Shown here: positions 55,542 to 64,000 of the stretch, in pieces
Layout of the letters: every line of letters starts with the position of its first letter
Position numbering within the stretch: the first letter of the stretch is position 1
From: a virus
DNA: 64,000 nt
Reading direction: 5' to 3' (one strand)
IMG/VR virus record: IMGVR_UViG_3300025875_000001
Span: 32,001 to 96,000 of that record
Program-made: the position numbers and the translations under genes
The notes under the pieces: model-generated
What the model saw: only the letters and a program-made list of their open reading frames with translations
Database searches by the model: none
Told to the model about the DNA's origin: nothing

Positions 55542-55898
55542 TCATCTAGTGACTCCTAATGCAATATCCCACTGCCAGTCTTGCATATCAATAACGTCAT
55601 CAAGATCTTCAATATTCCAATATGCCTGAACATACAGTATATCCTGCTCAAATTCTAAAGTCTGGCACCTACTTTCTACACAATATTCACACTTACGAAA
55701 TCCCTTGTACCCGGCGCGATAGACAATTACTGCGACCCGGCCCTTACCAAAAGGAGCGACTACAGTGTGGTAACCGTACTCATCAGAGCCGGTGAAATTA
55801 ATTCTGAACCATTCGCGTAAACTCTTACATTCTGCGCGGGGAGTAGGTTCCCAATCGTTATAAAACCAAAACCGCTTATTATTAAGTGGAGTAATCAT
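55542..55898 (-). CDS. Hypothetical protein
   Basis: GGAG SD. Confidence 0.6.
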   Translation of the reverse strand: MITPLNNKRFWFYNDWEPTPRAECKSLREWFRINFTGSDEYGYHTVVAPFGKGRVAVIVYRAGYKGFRKCEYCVESRCQTLEFEQDILYVQAYWNIEDLDDVIDMQDWQWDIALGVTR

Positions 55899-56010
55899 AA
55901 CTCTCCGTAACTGTAGTAGTAGTTATATTGAGCCGCAGGAGGCACATCGAAGCCTCATTTCTACTGTACCAAAGTAGCGTAATAACCTCTATACTACTGC
56001 GACATTTATA

Positions 56011-56154
56011 TTATCTAAACCAAACTTGACCGCAACGTTTGCACCAAAACATCTTACGTGCGCCCAAATCAATCAAAGCGCTTTTAATCCAACTATCCTT
56101 GGTGCTTAGGTCGTGATGCATACAATCATACTGTTTCTTACGCATGATCTTCAT
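56011..56154 (-). CDS. Small Zn-binding protein (47 aa, leaderless)
   Basis: Read manually; TTGACA(56185-90)-18-TAAGAT-6-ATG; C.H...CKRC. Confidence 0.65.
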   Translation of the reverse strand: MKIMRKKQYDCMHHDLSTKDSWIKSALIDLGARKMFWCKRCGQVWFR

Positions 56155-56221
56155 CTGTCTATCTTAGCAGAGCGGGGGATAGCTTGTCAATAGACTCACT
56201 ACCCCCCGCCTTAAACTTAAC

Positions 56222-56440
56222 TTAGTCTGCTGTTGGACTACCTTCTAGATTATCTGCATCATCATAAACCTGACCGTTGACTGCTGATACCAAAGTTTCT
56301 GGATCTGCGTACTCACGGCTGTTACGACCGTCAGGATCGTACTGTAGATCACCATTAGCGTCTAGGTAATGGTCACCACGTCTATGCTCCCAATCACGGT
56401 CTCTACGTGAACCAACTTCTTCTGATGCTACATAGTGCAA
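56222..56440 (-). CDS. Hypothetical acidic protein
   Basis: ORF may extend upstream. Confidence 0.5.
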   Translation of the reverse strand: MHYVASEEVGSRRDRDWEHRRGDHYLDANGDLQYDPDGRNSREYADPETLVSAVNGQVYDDADNLEGSPTAD

Positions 56441-56656
56441 TTGCTCATCGTCATATGGATCCCAATAAAGGTTACCATTGGCGTCTGTCTTTAATTCTGC
56501 CCTTGACCAGTCACCTCTTTGTGCTTGTACGTCTCTTGCAAAACGCTCTGCTGGTGATTCTGGGGCCGGTACATTTAGCTCCCAAGCTGCGATTTTAACT
56601 CACCTCCATTGTGGTTATCTACTATAGCGTAGCATAATACAATTTATGGCGCAAAA

Positions 56657-56857
56657 TCAAGTATTTGTGCCCTTAATTGTTACGACATAGCCTGTTTCAT
56701 CAAAAGACTCTGCGTAAGCAAAAGCTCTATTTTTATCGCTAAATAGGCTATTACTCATCAATGGGTTGCCATTGCCAATCAAGATAACACCATAAAGCGG
56801 TGTGTCAATTTCTACTTCATATGGGCCAAGATGGCTACGCTGCTCTATTGCGGTCAA
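56657..56857 (-). CDS. Hypothetical protein
   Basis: Packed ORF. Confidence 0.6.
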   Translation of the reverse strand: MTAIEQRSHLGPYEVEIDTPLYGVILIGNGNPLMSNSLFSDKNRAFAYAESFDETGYVVTIKGTNT

Positions 56858-57039
56858 TCTACATCAGCCAAATCAATTTCAACCCGCTCAAACGGCTCAC
56901 TAAAGTCAAAGTAGTCTGCGATTAGATTGCGTAGCTCGTCCTCTTGCTGATCTGTTAATGCCTCTGCTGCTGTCACACTAATTTCGTAGTAGTACTTCAA
57001 TTTACTACCCCGCCACAGGTGCGAACGCTTGCGATCCAA
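56854..57039 (-). CDS. Hypothetical protein
   Basis: Start likely near 57001. Confidence 0.5.
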   Translation of the reverse strand: MDRKRSHLWRGSKLKYYYEISVTAAEALTDQQEDELRNLIADYFDFSEPFERVEIDLADVD

Positions 57040-57209
57040 CTACCGCCATCTTCGGGGAACCAACTAAATACTACCTCTTCAATATAACCATCTTCTTCTA
57101 GACTATCGCCTAGTTCCTTAACACCATCTAGTGCCTCATTAAGAGTCTTACCAATAACCTGCCAGTGCTCATAAAAACCTTCGGCTAGCTCATAAACTAC
57201 AGCGCTCAT
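56997..57209 (-). CDS. Hypothetical protein
   Basis: GGCAGGA SD. Confidence 0.6.
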   Translation of the reverse strand: MSAVVYELAEGFYEHWQVIGKTLNEALDGVKELGDSLEEDGYIEEVVFSWFPEDGGSWIASVRTCGGVVN

Positions 57210-57370
57210 TTCAGTCCTGCCTTCTCATAGATTTCTTCAACGATACAATCTGGGCAGAGTACAGAGCCTGTTTTAGATGACCGGCCATTATGCTGTGCAT
57301 TGCGACCACTGAGAACCTTATTCTCCCCGCATCGTCCACAGGCTCTGTACTTCTGCTGCATTGTTACTCC

Positions 57371-58294
57371 TTAGTATGTGAACCCATCATTAGGGAACGT
57401 GTAGTAGTCTGGGACATCATCATACTCGTCGTCGTCATCGTCGTCAACATACTCTTCGTTGTAGATTTCCTCAGGCTCGGCATCTTCTGCCTCACCCCAA
57501 CCCGGCGACTCTGGGGCGGTGTCTACATAGTAACCGCTGTAGGGCTGCTCAACAACCTCTAGAACGGTATAGCGGCAAACACGTAGCTTCTGTGCGTCAC
57601 AATCGACAGGCACGCTCACAACGTCTCTAGGGTTGATCTTGACAGTCAGTGTAGCACCCTGTGCAAAATCATTTGCATATTCCCACGTACCAGCATGTAA
57701 ACCATATGAACAACCTTGCTGCGGATCAAACGCTACTTCACTACGTGGCATAGTTACTACTGCACCTTCATAATTAGGAATACCACCAGTAAATACTTCA
57801 CCATCTACAATAGCAGTACCATGACTAATAGACTCAAATTTATCATCCGATAGCTTACGAACACCCTTGTAAGCAACAAAGCAACCGTCTTCTGTAATCG
57901 CAAAATCACGATCATTTAGCCAGCTAAATAGCTGCTCTTGGCTGAACTTACTTGGGTTGTTGGCAACATTCTCAAAGAATAGAACCAATGACTTGAACTT
58001 GTCATCATCTTCGTTAAGGAAGTTGAGGATTTGAGTAGCTAGTGAGTTATTGACTTCTTCATTGTCAAAGTACACCCGGCCATTTGCTACGCTAACACGC
58101 TCAGATAGAGACTCAAACTTCTGCGCTACCTTTGCTTCTAGGTCGAATAGCTCTACTACCGACTCATCATCGGCCAGAGCACCGGCTAGGATTCTTTCAA
58201 AATTTGGATGATCTTGACCGGCCTGTAGCATCTCACCATCGTGAAAAACTGTAAGGCTTGCCTTGCCATCGTTTGCAACTAAGCTATACTTAAT
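57371..58294 (-). CDS. rIIB: RIIB-like protein
   Basis: HPNF, QLFSWL...ITEDGCFVAYKGV, CSYGLHAG, KINPRDVVSVP.D...KLRVCRY; first ATG at 58231, open frame extends to ATT 58294. Confidence 0.85.
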   Translation of the reverse strand: MKYSLVANDGKASLTVFHDGEMLQAGQDHPNFERILAGALADDESVVELFDLEAKVAQKFESLSERVSVANGRVYFDNEEVNNSLATQILNFLNEDDDKFKSLVLFFENVANNPSKFSQEQLFSWLNDRDFAITEDGCFVAYKGVRKLSDDKFESISHGTAIVDGEVFTGGIPNYEGAVVTMPRSEVAFDPQQGCSYGLHAGTWEYANDFAQGATLTVKINPRDVVSVPVDCDAQKLRVCRYTVLEVVEQPYSGYYVDTAPESPGWGEAEDAEPEEIYNEEYVDDDDDDEYDDVPDYYTFPNDGFTY

Positions 58295-58300
58295 TTTAGG

Positions 58301-60328
58301 TCACTTCCTCTTCTTGTATATTTCATTTAGGTAGAAAACTACGTCTTCCATGTATTCTTTATTGTTCTTTGCTCTCCACTCATCAAGGCTAGTGAACAGA
58401 CGATACTTTTTCAAACAATCTAGATTAAAAACACCACGGCTTTCCTTAATGGAAGACAGTTCCAACTCATTAAGGTCTCTGATTGTTTGATTAAACTTAC
58501 GCTTGGAATCTTTCGGCTCCAACGATAGCTCAATGATCTTTTTAAGCTCCGGATCATCTATCTTATCTTTGGGCAACCAATCAATACTAATACCCGCCTG
58601 ATAGGCAGCAGTATGATATTTATCGACATCGCTTACTTCGCTGTCGTATTTAGCTTGCAAAACCGGTACAATATCGCGTATATGCTTTGCTGTAGGGTGT
58701 GACTTGTCAAAGTCTTCCTTCCTACGAGCATACACCTTGACTGCCACTGCGTCAATCTGCTCAACAAGCCTAAACAAAGCATGCTCATTAAGCTTAGGAT
58801 AGTCTCTTGGCTCAAAGTAATAAACTTGCTTACCCGCCGGAACTTCCTTAATTTCAAAGCCAATGCTGTCGGCTGTTGTTCCATTCGCGTATGTGTAGGT
58901 TGTCGCTCTAAGTACATGGAATTCTTTATCCGTCTTAAACGCTGGTGCTGCCGCCTTAGGTTCTCTAGTTGCAGCCAATATATCTTTCCACGTCATGCTT
59001 TTAATATCTGCCAACCAAGGATCTTCTGCAACCTTATTGTCAACAGTAATTATGAATCTGTATGACCCCTTTTTAGCCTTATAGGCATTGATTCTAGACC
59101 TGGCATATGATGTTACTTCCTTCATAGTGAAGTCTGTAACAATAACATACTCTGCCGGACTACCATAATAGTTATTGCTGCCCGGCGGCTTTAGGTTGTA
59201 CCAGTCATATATATTCATTGTCCGTGGCTTAAACTCAAAGTCATACTCCGAAGAATTTACATATTCATATGGACCTATCTTTGTTGGCAGGCTATTTCCT
59301 TTGTACTGCCAGTTTGCTGGAATATCAGAGTGCCCTAGCCTTGTAGCCCATTTTGATGCAGCCTCCAAGGCTTCCTTAATTGTATTAGCAGCTAGTAGAT
59401 CATTGCTAACCTTGTTTGCCATTTCAGCATCATAGCGTGCATAGCAATCTTCTATTGTAGCCTTGGTCTGCTTTGTGTAATGAAGCTGCTCACGCGATGG
59501 AGTAAAGTTAACAGACCCAATAGGCACATCAAATATTAAATGGAACTGTGTGCGAAAGCCAGGAGTGTATTCTGATTCGATAGGGTATGCAATGCCACCC
59601 ATAACAATAATATCTGGTAAGTCTTCATAAGTAGCAGTGCCATAATAGCTTGTGTTTTTGACTTTATTGTCAACAATACGAATACCCGGCGCTAAGAAGT
59701 CAGACTTAACCTGCTCTGGGGCCTTACCATTGATAAGTACGCTACCCTCGGGCCAGTACTTGAAGAAATTATTTACCTTGTCTTCAAACCCATAAAGATT
59801 GTGTCCTAGTGGGATTGAGATTAGTACACCGTTACTCTCTGTAGTTGCAACGGTGTCAATAATTTCCATTGTGGCCCCGCCGGTTTCGGTGCGGGTAACA
59901 GATACATAAGCCTTAATGCCGTCTTTGATAGCAGTGACCATGAATTGATCTGAAATGGTAAGGCCCGACTTAGACCCTAGACCTAGCATACCCGCTTGGG
60001 TATTGCTGTTGCGCTTTGTAGACGCACCATAGGCGCTGTAGATGGTCCTAATGTCATCAATGCTTAGACCTAGACCAAAATCCTGCACCTTAAAATGCGG
60101 GCTAAGTCTGGTAGGAGTTGTAATTTCAATAGGTCTTGTGACCCCGGCCTCTACGTGAGAATCGCGGGCGTTAACTGAATATTCTCTAATTACAGCAAGT
60201 TGTGGATCTGAGTAAAGATCCGACAAAATCTTCATAAGGAAATCTATGCTATTTTCGTCAATACGCATGGCAAGCTTCTCGCCGCCAAGATCACCTTTTG
60301 TTACGATATCTAATACTGGTGCTTGAAT
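58301..60328 (-). CDS. rIIA: RIIA-like protein (N-terminal GHKL ATPase)
   Basis: LYSD...VIREYSVNARDSH, DFGLGLS, GMLGLGSKS; first ATG at 60268, AAGGAG SD favours ATT 60328. Confidence 0.85.
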   Translation of the reverse strand: MQAPVLDIVTKGDLGGEKLAMRIDENSIDFLMKILSDLYSDPQLAVIREYSVNARDSHVEAGVTRPIEITTPTRLSPHFKVQDFGLGLSIDDIRTIYSAYGASTKRNSNTQAGMLGLGSKSGLTISDQFMVTAIKDGIKAYVSVTRTETGGATMEIIDTVATTESNGVLISIPLGHNLYGFEDKVNNFFKYWPEGSVLINGKAPEQVKSDFLAPGIRIVDNKVKNTSYYGTATYEDLPDIIVMGGIAYPIESEYTPGFRTQFHLIFDVPIGSVNFTPSREQLHYTKQTKATIEDCYARYDAEMANKVSNDLLAANTIKEALEAASKWATRLGHSDIPANWQYKGNSLPTKIGPYEYVNSSEYDFEFKPRTMNIYDWYNLKPPGSNNYYGSPAEYVIVTDFTMKEVTSYARSRINAYKAKKGSYRFIITVDNKVAEDPWLADIKSMTWKDILAATREPKAAAPAFKTDKEFHVLRATTYTYANGTTADSIGFEIKEVPAGKQVYYFEPRDYPKLNEHALFRLVEQIDAVAVKVYARRKEDFDKSHPTAKHIRDIVPVLQAKYDSEVSDVDKYHTAAYQAGISIDWLPKDKIDDPELKKIIELSLEPKDSKRKFNQTIRDLNELELSSIKESRGVFNLDCLKKYRLFTSLDEWRAKNNKEYMEDVVFYLNEIYKKRK

Positions 60329-60352
60329 GATTAGCTCCTTTGATAGTAGGGG

Positions 60353-60763
60353 TTAGTTGATGTATTTGTCGTGTTCGTCACGTAGCCTAGCTCTGCGCCT
60401 TTGCTGCTTGGCTGTATTTGCCTTGGTGCATAGCTCGCACCGACAACCGTTAAAGCACATGCTGATAGTACCGTGCTGTCTGATTTCGCGGCCTAAATAG
60501 GCTACTAACTCAACACGCTCTGTCTTTATCTGATGATGATAACGACACAATACCTGACACTTAGCTACTTCTTCCTCTATACGCTCCCATGACCAAGACC
60601 ATATATTGTGAGAAATCTTTTGGGAAGCATCTATGTGATCAAGTTCCAGCTTATCAGTTGAGCCGCATACTATGCAAGACTTATCGGAAAACCATTCTGC
60701 ACGTCTATTAGCAACCCATTTTCTTTGATACTCGCGTTGAGCATCCCTATCTTTATAGGGCAT
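60353..60763 (-). CDS. HNH endonuclease
   Basis: CIVCGS...LELDHID...KCQVLCRYHH; adjacent to tRNA cluster. Confidence 0.85.
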   Translation of the reverse strand: MPYKDRDAQREYQRKWVANRRAEWFSDKSCIVCGSTDKLELDHIDASQKISHNIWSWSWERIEEEVAKCQVLCRYHHQIKTERVELVAYLGREIRQHGTISMCFNGCRCELCTKANTAKQQRRRARLRDEHDKYIN

Positions 60764-60783
60764 ATTAGTAACTTTCTATGAGG

Positions 60784-60868
60784 TGCCAGCGACGAGATTC
60801 GAACTCGCATGCGTCCCCTCTCGGGCGGGGTTTTTAAGACCCCCGGCTCACCTCTGGCCTACGCTGGC
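60784..60868 (-). tRNA. trnL: tRNA-Leu(TAA)
   Basis: GCCAGCG/CGCTGGC acceptor, GGGGT-CTTAAAA-ACCCC anticodon arm, long variable arm. Confidence 0.92.
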
Positions 60869-60910
60869 ATTCACTAGCTACACATCCGCAATATGCGGTG
60901 TTGCTAGCAG

Positions 60911-60996
60911 TGCGTATAACAGGAGTCGAACCTGCAATGGACTAATCCTCGACCCAGATCCTAATTCTGGCGGCTCACCAAATGGCCTATATACGC
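60911..60996 (-). tRNA. trnL: tRNA-Leu(TAG)
   Basis: GCGTATA/TATACGC acceptor, CCAGA-ATTAGGA-TCTGG anticodon arm, long variable arm. Confidence 0.88.
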
Positions 60997-61013
60997 ATTG
61001 TATTGCTATGGCG

Positions 61014-61101
61014 TAGGGTAGGTGGGAGTCGAACCCACAATGCTTTTTAAAGCTGACGCGGATTTTGAATCCGCCGATTCTGCCAATTTATCCACTACCC
61101 C
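61014..61101 (-). tRNA. trnL: tRNA-Leu(CAA)
   Basis: GGGGTAG/CTACCCT acceptor, GCGGA-TTCAAAA-TCCGC anticodon arm, long variable arm. Confidence 0.9.
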
Positions 61102-61148
61102 AGACTGAGCAAACTCGTGAAATTGCCTGCTCAGGTTGTTACATTACT

Positions 61149-61178
61149 ATCTTAACTTACCGGCTCTCATCTTGTCAA
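61149..61178 (-). promoter_or_regulatory. Promoter of tRNA-Leu cluster
   Basis: TTGACA-18-TAAGAT. Confidence 0.8.
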
Positions 61179-61320
61179 GTACCGCCCGCGACAAATCTTC
61201 ATCTTTAAAAACTTTATCGCCTACAGCAATTAGAGCATATAATTTATTTTTATAGTCAGCACTTGCTAATGTTAAAACAAGATTGGCTGCCTTTACTACA
61301 ATAACATCAGTCTTTCTCAT

Positions 61321-61800
61321 TTAATCCTCCGGTACATAAATTACAACATCAGTTCCATAATTAATACCGTCAAATCCAGTTAGCCAACGCATATTAGAAT
61401 GATAGTCTACATACTTAACATGTGCATCATCATTAGTCTCAACGATTTCTACATCATCAGCATCATAAACAACAATATTGTCCATATCGCCTTCATACCA
61501 GTAATATGAATCTTCACTATTCCCATCATCTTGTACTTTTGCTTCTCCATAGAAGGCACTCTCTCCACCTACAGAGAATTCAGAGATTGGGATAGCGTCA
61601 GAATAAGTAGCGGTTTCACCAACCGGGCCTGAAAATGAGCCGGAAATAAGAGTAGCAAGTAAGACACCTACAAATAAAGTCATAAATACTGTAAACACAA
61701 TATCAAGAGCGGGCCTCCCGTAAGTTTTATCTTTTTCCTTGTAATAAACGTAAGTTGGCAGCATAATAAGAGCTGCAATCCAAAGGCCATACCAAATCAT
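61321..61800 (-). CDS. Membrane protein
   Basis: Two N-terminal TM; AAGGA SD. Confidence 0.7.
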   Translation of the reverse strand: MIWYGLWIAALIMLPTYVYYKEKDKTYGRPALDIVFTVFMTLFVGVLLATLISGSFSGPVGETATYSDAIPISEFSVGGESAFYGEAKVQDDGNSEDSYYWYEGDMDNIVVYDADDVEIVETNDDAHVKYVDYHSNMRWLTGFDGINYGTDVVIYVPED

Positions 61801-61824
61801 AATAAATCCTTAGGTTAAATGTGT

Positions 61825-62391
61825 CTAGGTTTTATGAGAAACAATTCTATATATAGACGACTTAGATACTGGAAAAAATAGCGCGATATCTTGTACGCTT
61901 GTTCCTGCTTGGTTTAATTTTAATATTTCTAATACATCATTTTCGGTTAGTTTTGCTTTAGGATTTTTAGAGCCTTTAGGATTTATTCTTCTTTCTTTTG
62001 AGAACATATCAACCATATTATCTTTATGAGTTCCCAAAAATAGATGATGAGGGTTTACACAGCACGGATTATCACAATGGTGACAGATTTCTAGTTCTTT
62101 TGGAATTATTCCAATATAAATACTGTAAGACAGCCTATGTGCTTTTCATTGCTCACCGGCAACATAAGCAAGCCCATACCCGTCTTTATTTTTACTTTTA
62201 TTCCACTCCCAGCAACCGGAAGGAACAACAGTTTTGTTACCTTCAATAAACTTTTCATTTGCTTCATTAAGCGCAGGTTTACCAATTTTCAAGGGATCTT
62301 TATGTTTATACCATCGCATATAATGCTTGCGACAGTACCCTCTGGCCAAAACTAAACCTACACAGTCTTCTATCGTACATTTACTATCCAT
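61825..62391 (-). pseudogene. HNH endonuclease interrupted by an in-frame TGA (62146-62148)
   Basis: Frame continues GEQ*KAHRLSY...ICHHCDNPCCVNPHHLFLGTHKDN into a C-terminal HTH. Confidence 0.85.
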
Positions 62392-62395
62392 GCTG

Positions 62396-62749
62396 CTAAG
62401 TGTAGCATATACTCTTCACACCAGCACGCATTAATGAGATTACACAATTGTCACAGGGACGCGAAAAAGCCGAAGCACCATTGCTAACCCTAGCTATATA
62501 AATTGTACAACCCCTAGGGTTAGCAACTCTACTAAGGGCAGATACCTCTGCATGGACACTAAAGATCGTACCACGTCGATTGCCAGTGTCGCTAGGCACA
62601 AAGGCCGGGTCGTTGCGAAACTTATTAACTCCAACAGCCATCACCCGGCCACCCTTGACAACTACAGCTCCATGCTGCTGCTTACAGTCACTGGACTCAG
62701 CAACACGCAGAGCAAGATCAAGAAAGCTCTTATCGCGCCGGGAAGGCAC
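62396..62749 (-). CDS. Cytidine/dCMP deaminase family protein
   Basis: HGAVV, HAE, RPCDNC Zn motifs. Confidence 0.85.
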   Translation of the reverse strand: MPSRRDKSFLDLALRVAESSDCKQQHGAVVVKGGRVMAVGVNKFRNDPAFVPSDTGNRRGTIFSVHAEVSALSRVANPRGCTIYIARVSNGASAFSRPCDNCVISLMRAGVKSICYT

Positions 62750-62769
62750 TAGAATCTCCTTTAAACATA

Positions 62770-62970
62770 TTAAGCCTCCCTATGAATTTCATCAATTACG
62801 TCACGGACCATCTTAGCTGAGCTTGTCATAGCGCTGCCATTAAAAACCTTTGCAAGCTCTTCGAAATATTCTAGAATACGTAGCCGCTCTGACCAAACGG
62901 GAGCCATCCTTGCAACATAGTCAGCTTCACCCTGAGCGGCTTGCTGAGCAAGATATTGACTAAGCATCAT
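62770..62970 (-). CDS. Hypothetical protein
   Basis: Downstream of TTGACA(63023-28)-17-TAAGCT promoter. Confidence 0.6.
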   Translation of the reverse strand: MMLSQYLAQQAAQGEADYVARMAPVWSERLRILEYFEELAKVFNGSAMTSSAKMVRDVIDEIHREA

Positions 62971-63029
62971 GTTAGTAGCCCTTCGTCGTTGTTACAAGTA
63001 GCTTACATGGCTAGATGGGCGGTGTCAAG

Positions 63030-63051
63030 GGTGGAGATGGCGGGAGTCGAA
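63030..63051 (-). other. Orphan tmRNA-type 3' end (T-loop, T-stem 3' strand, acceptor 3' strand)
   Basis: TTCGACT-CCCGC-CATCTCC-A-CC with no matching 5' T-stem strand. Confidence 0.65.
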
Positions 63052-63081
63052 TCATGCCTCCACATGTGCTATAATAATATT

Positions 63082-63573
63082 ATGGATATCAAAAAATGCT
63101 TTACGTGTAAAGAAGAATATAAACCAACAAGTAGACATAAAAGCTGCCCTAAATGTAGAGAAATAGCGAGAAGACATAAATGCTTAGATTGTGATTTAAT
63201 TGTAGGTTCACAGTCTAAAAGATGCGTTAGTTGCAACAACAAAATACTTACAGATACACAAAGATCTAAACCTCTAGAAGCAAGATCTAGAAGATTAGAT
63301 AATAGAGGGTATATAGTTATTTCAATGCCAGGTAGATCTAATGTTTCAGAACACAGAATTATTATGGAACATCATTTAGGCAGAGAACTGCTTAAAAACG
63401 AAAACGTGCATCACATAAACGGCGTTAAACACGATAATCGAATAGAAAACTTAGAACTATGGGTTGTGAATCAGCCTTGCGGCCAGCGCCCCGACGATTT
63501 GGTTGCCTGGGCTATTGATATACTAACTAAGTATGGACCTGAACACCTACAACAAACATCAATACAAGCTTGA
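63082..63573 (+). CDS. HNH endonuclease, antisense to surrounding genes
   Basis: [12 protein letters not shown]...[18 protein letters not shown]; TGC-TATAAT (63070-75) 6 nt before ATG 63082. Confidence 0.88.
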   Translation: MDIKKCFTCKEEYKPTSRHKSCPKCREIARRHKCLDCDLIVGSQSKRCVSCNNKILTDTQRSKPLEARSRRLDNRGYIVISMPGRSNVSEHRIIMEHHLGRELLKNENVHHINGVKHDNRIENLELWVVNQPCGQRPDDLVAWAIDILTKYGPEHLQQTSIQA

Positions 63574-63580
63574 TATCTCT

Positions 63581-63895
63581 TGTAGGTGGGGAGAATCGAA
63601 CTCCCGTCTTGATATCTTCTACAATAAAAATTAATTACAGCCATTCCGTATCCCCGGCGGGTCTTACTGGCAGTGCGGGTGTTACCAACTAGCTTACGCT
63701 AGGACTTGCAAGTATTCTGTTCCAAGGTCCTCGCTACCCGGTAACTTAAAGAGTTACAAATGAATATTCGGCACAAAGTGCTTCATATTCTGCATCAATG
63801 TTGTCTGCATTTATATTTTTGATCTGTTTTAAGTCTCTTATCAAAGACTGGCTGCGTTCTATAGTTTCATATACCAATCGATACCGGTCACCCAC
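63581..63895 (-). ncRNA. ssrA: tmRNA (315 nt); tag ADNIDAEYEALCAEYSFVTL*
   Basis: GTGGGTG/CACCTAC acceptor with G3-U70, discriminator A, GGGAG-TTCGATT-CTCCC T-arm, ACCGGTATCGA after 5' stem, ATAAAT-GCA resume context at 63808. Confidence 0.88.
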
Positions 63896-64000
63896 TTGGC
63901 AGTCCGTTAACGTTTTATGAGATTGGAGCCTCATACGGTCTTTTTATATGGTAGCACGGACCAACACTACCGACCAATTCTATTTACCAGTCATTAATTT

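Noticed and set aside
62941-63081. N-terminal extension of the HNH ORF given by the ORF track
   Set aside because: Overlaps a divergent promoter and gene; TATAAT 6 nt before ATG 63082 marks the real start
63030-63580. Group I intron in the tmRNA T-loop
   Set aside because: The tmRNA already has a complete paired 3' end, no P7/R/S intron core is visible, and the insert is almost entirely an antisense HNH ORF
63746-63934. 62-aa ORF over the tmRNA
   Set aside because: Only its last 20 codons are the tmRNA tag; the rest is the tRNA-like domain
1-64000. Genome-wide stop-codon reassignment
   Set aside because: TAA, TAG and TGA all end tightly packed genes; only isolated TGA cases were seen

Overview
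This window is part of a large, AT-rich (roughly 40% GC by eye) tailed actinobacteriophage genome. Gene content (LGFP-repeat amidase endolysin, WhiB, Lsr2-like proteins, ThyX, class II RNR, rIIA/rIIB) points to a mycolic-acid-containing actinobacterial host and resembles the ~130 kb Rhodococcus/Streptomyces siphoviruses; this is inference, no search was run. Layout: 1-20.3 kb minus-strand virion/lysis block (head-tail adaptor, fibers, major capsid, protease/scaffold, portal, LamG protein, endolysin, intein-split NrdJ, glycosyltransferase, sialidase); 20.3-21 kb non-coding divergence region; 21-28.9 kb plus-strand small genes including thyX; 29-64 kb minus-strand small early-type genes, rIIA/B, three Leu tRNAs, HNH genes, a deaminase and a tmRNA. 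The most striking unexplained feature is a ~470-nt, promoter- and terminator-bounded, ORF-poor element at about 20374-20840 with many nested helices, a perfect 7-bp loop-loop (kissing) complement and a crossing pseudoknot: a candidate new large phage ncRNA. Also notable: arm-deleted tRNA-like elements, a covarying post-stop-codon hairpin family, a fixed-spacing promoter-upstream box whose heptamer is also clustered in an 840-bp non-coding region, and an HNH gene lying between the intact tmRNA and an orphan second tmRNA 3' end. No CRISPR array, rRNA, integrase or terminase is visible in the window.
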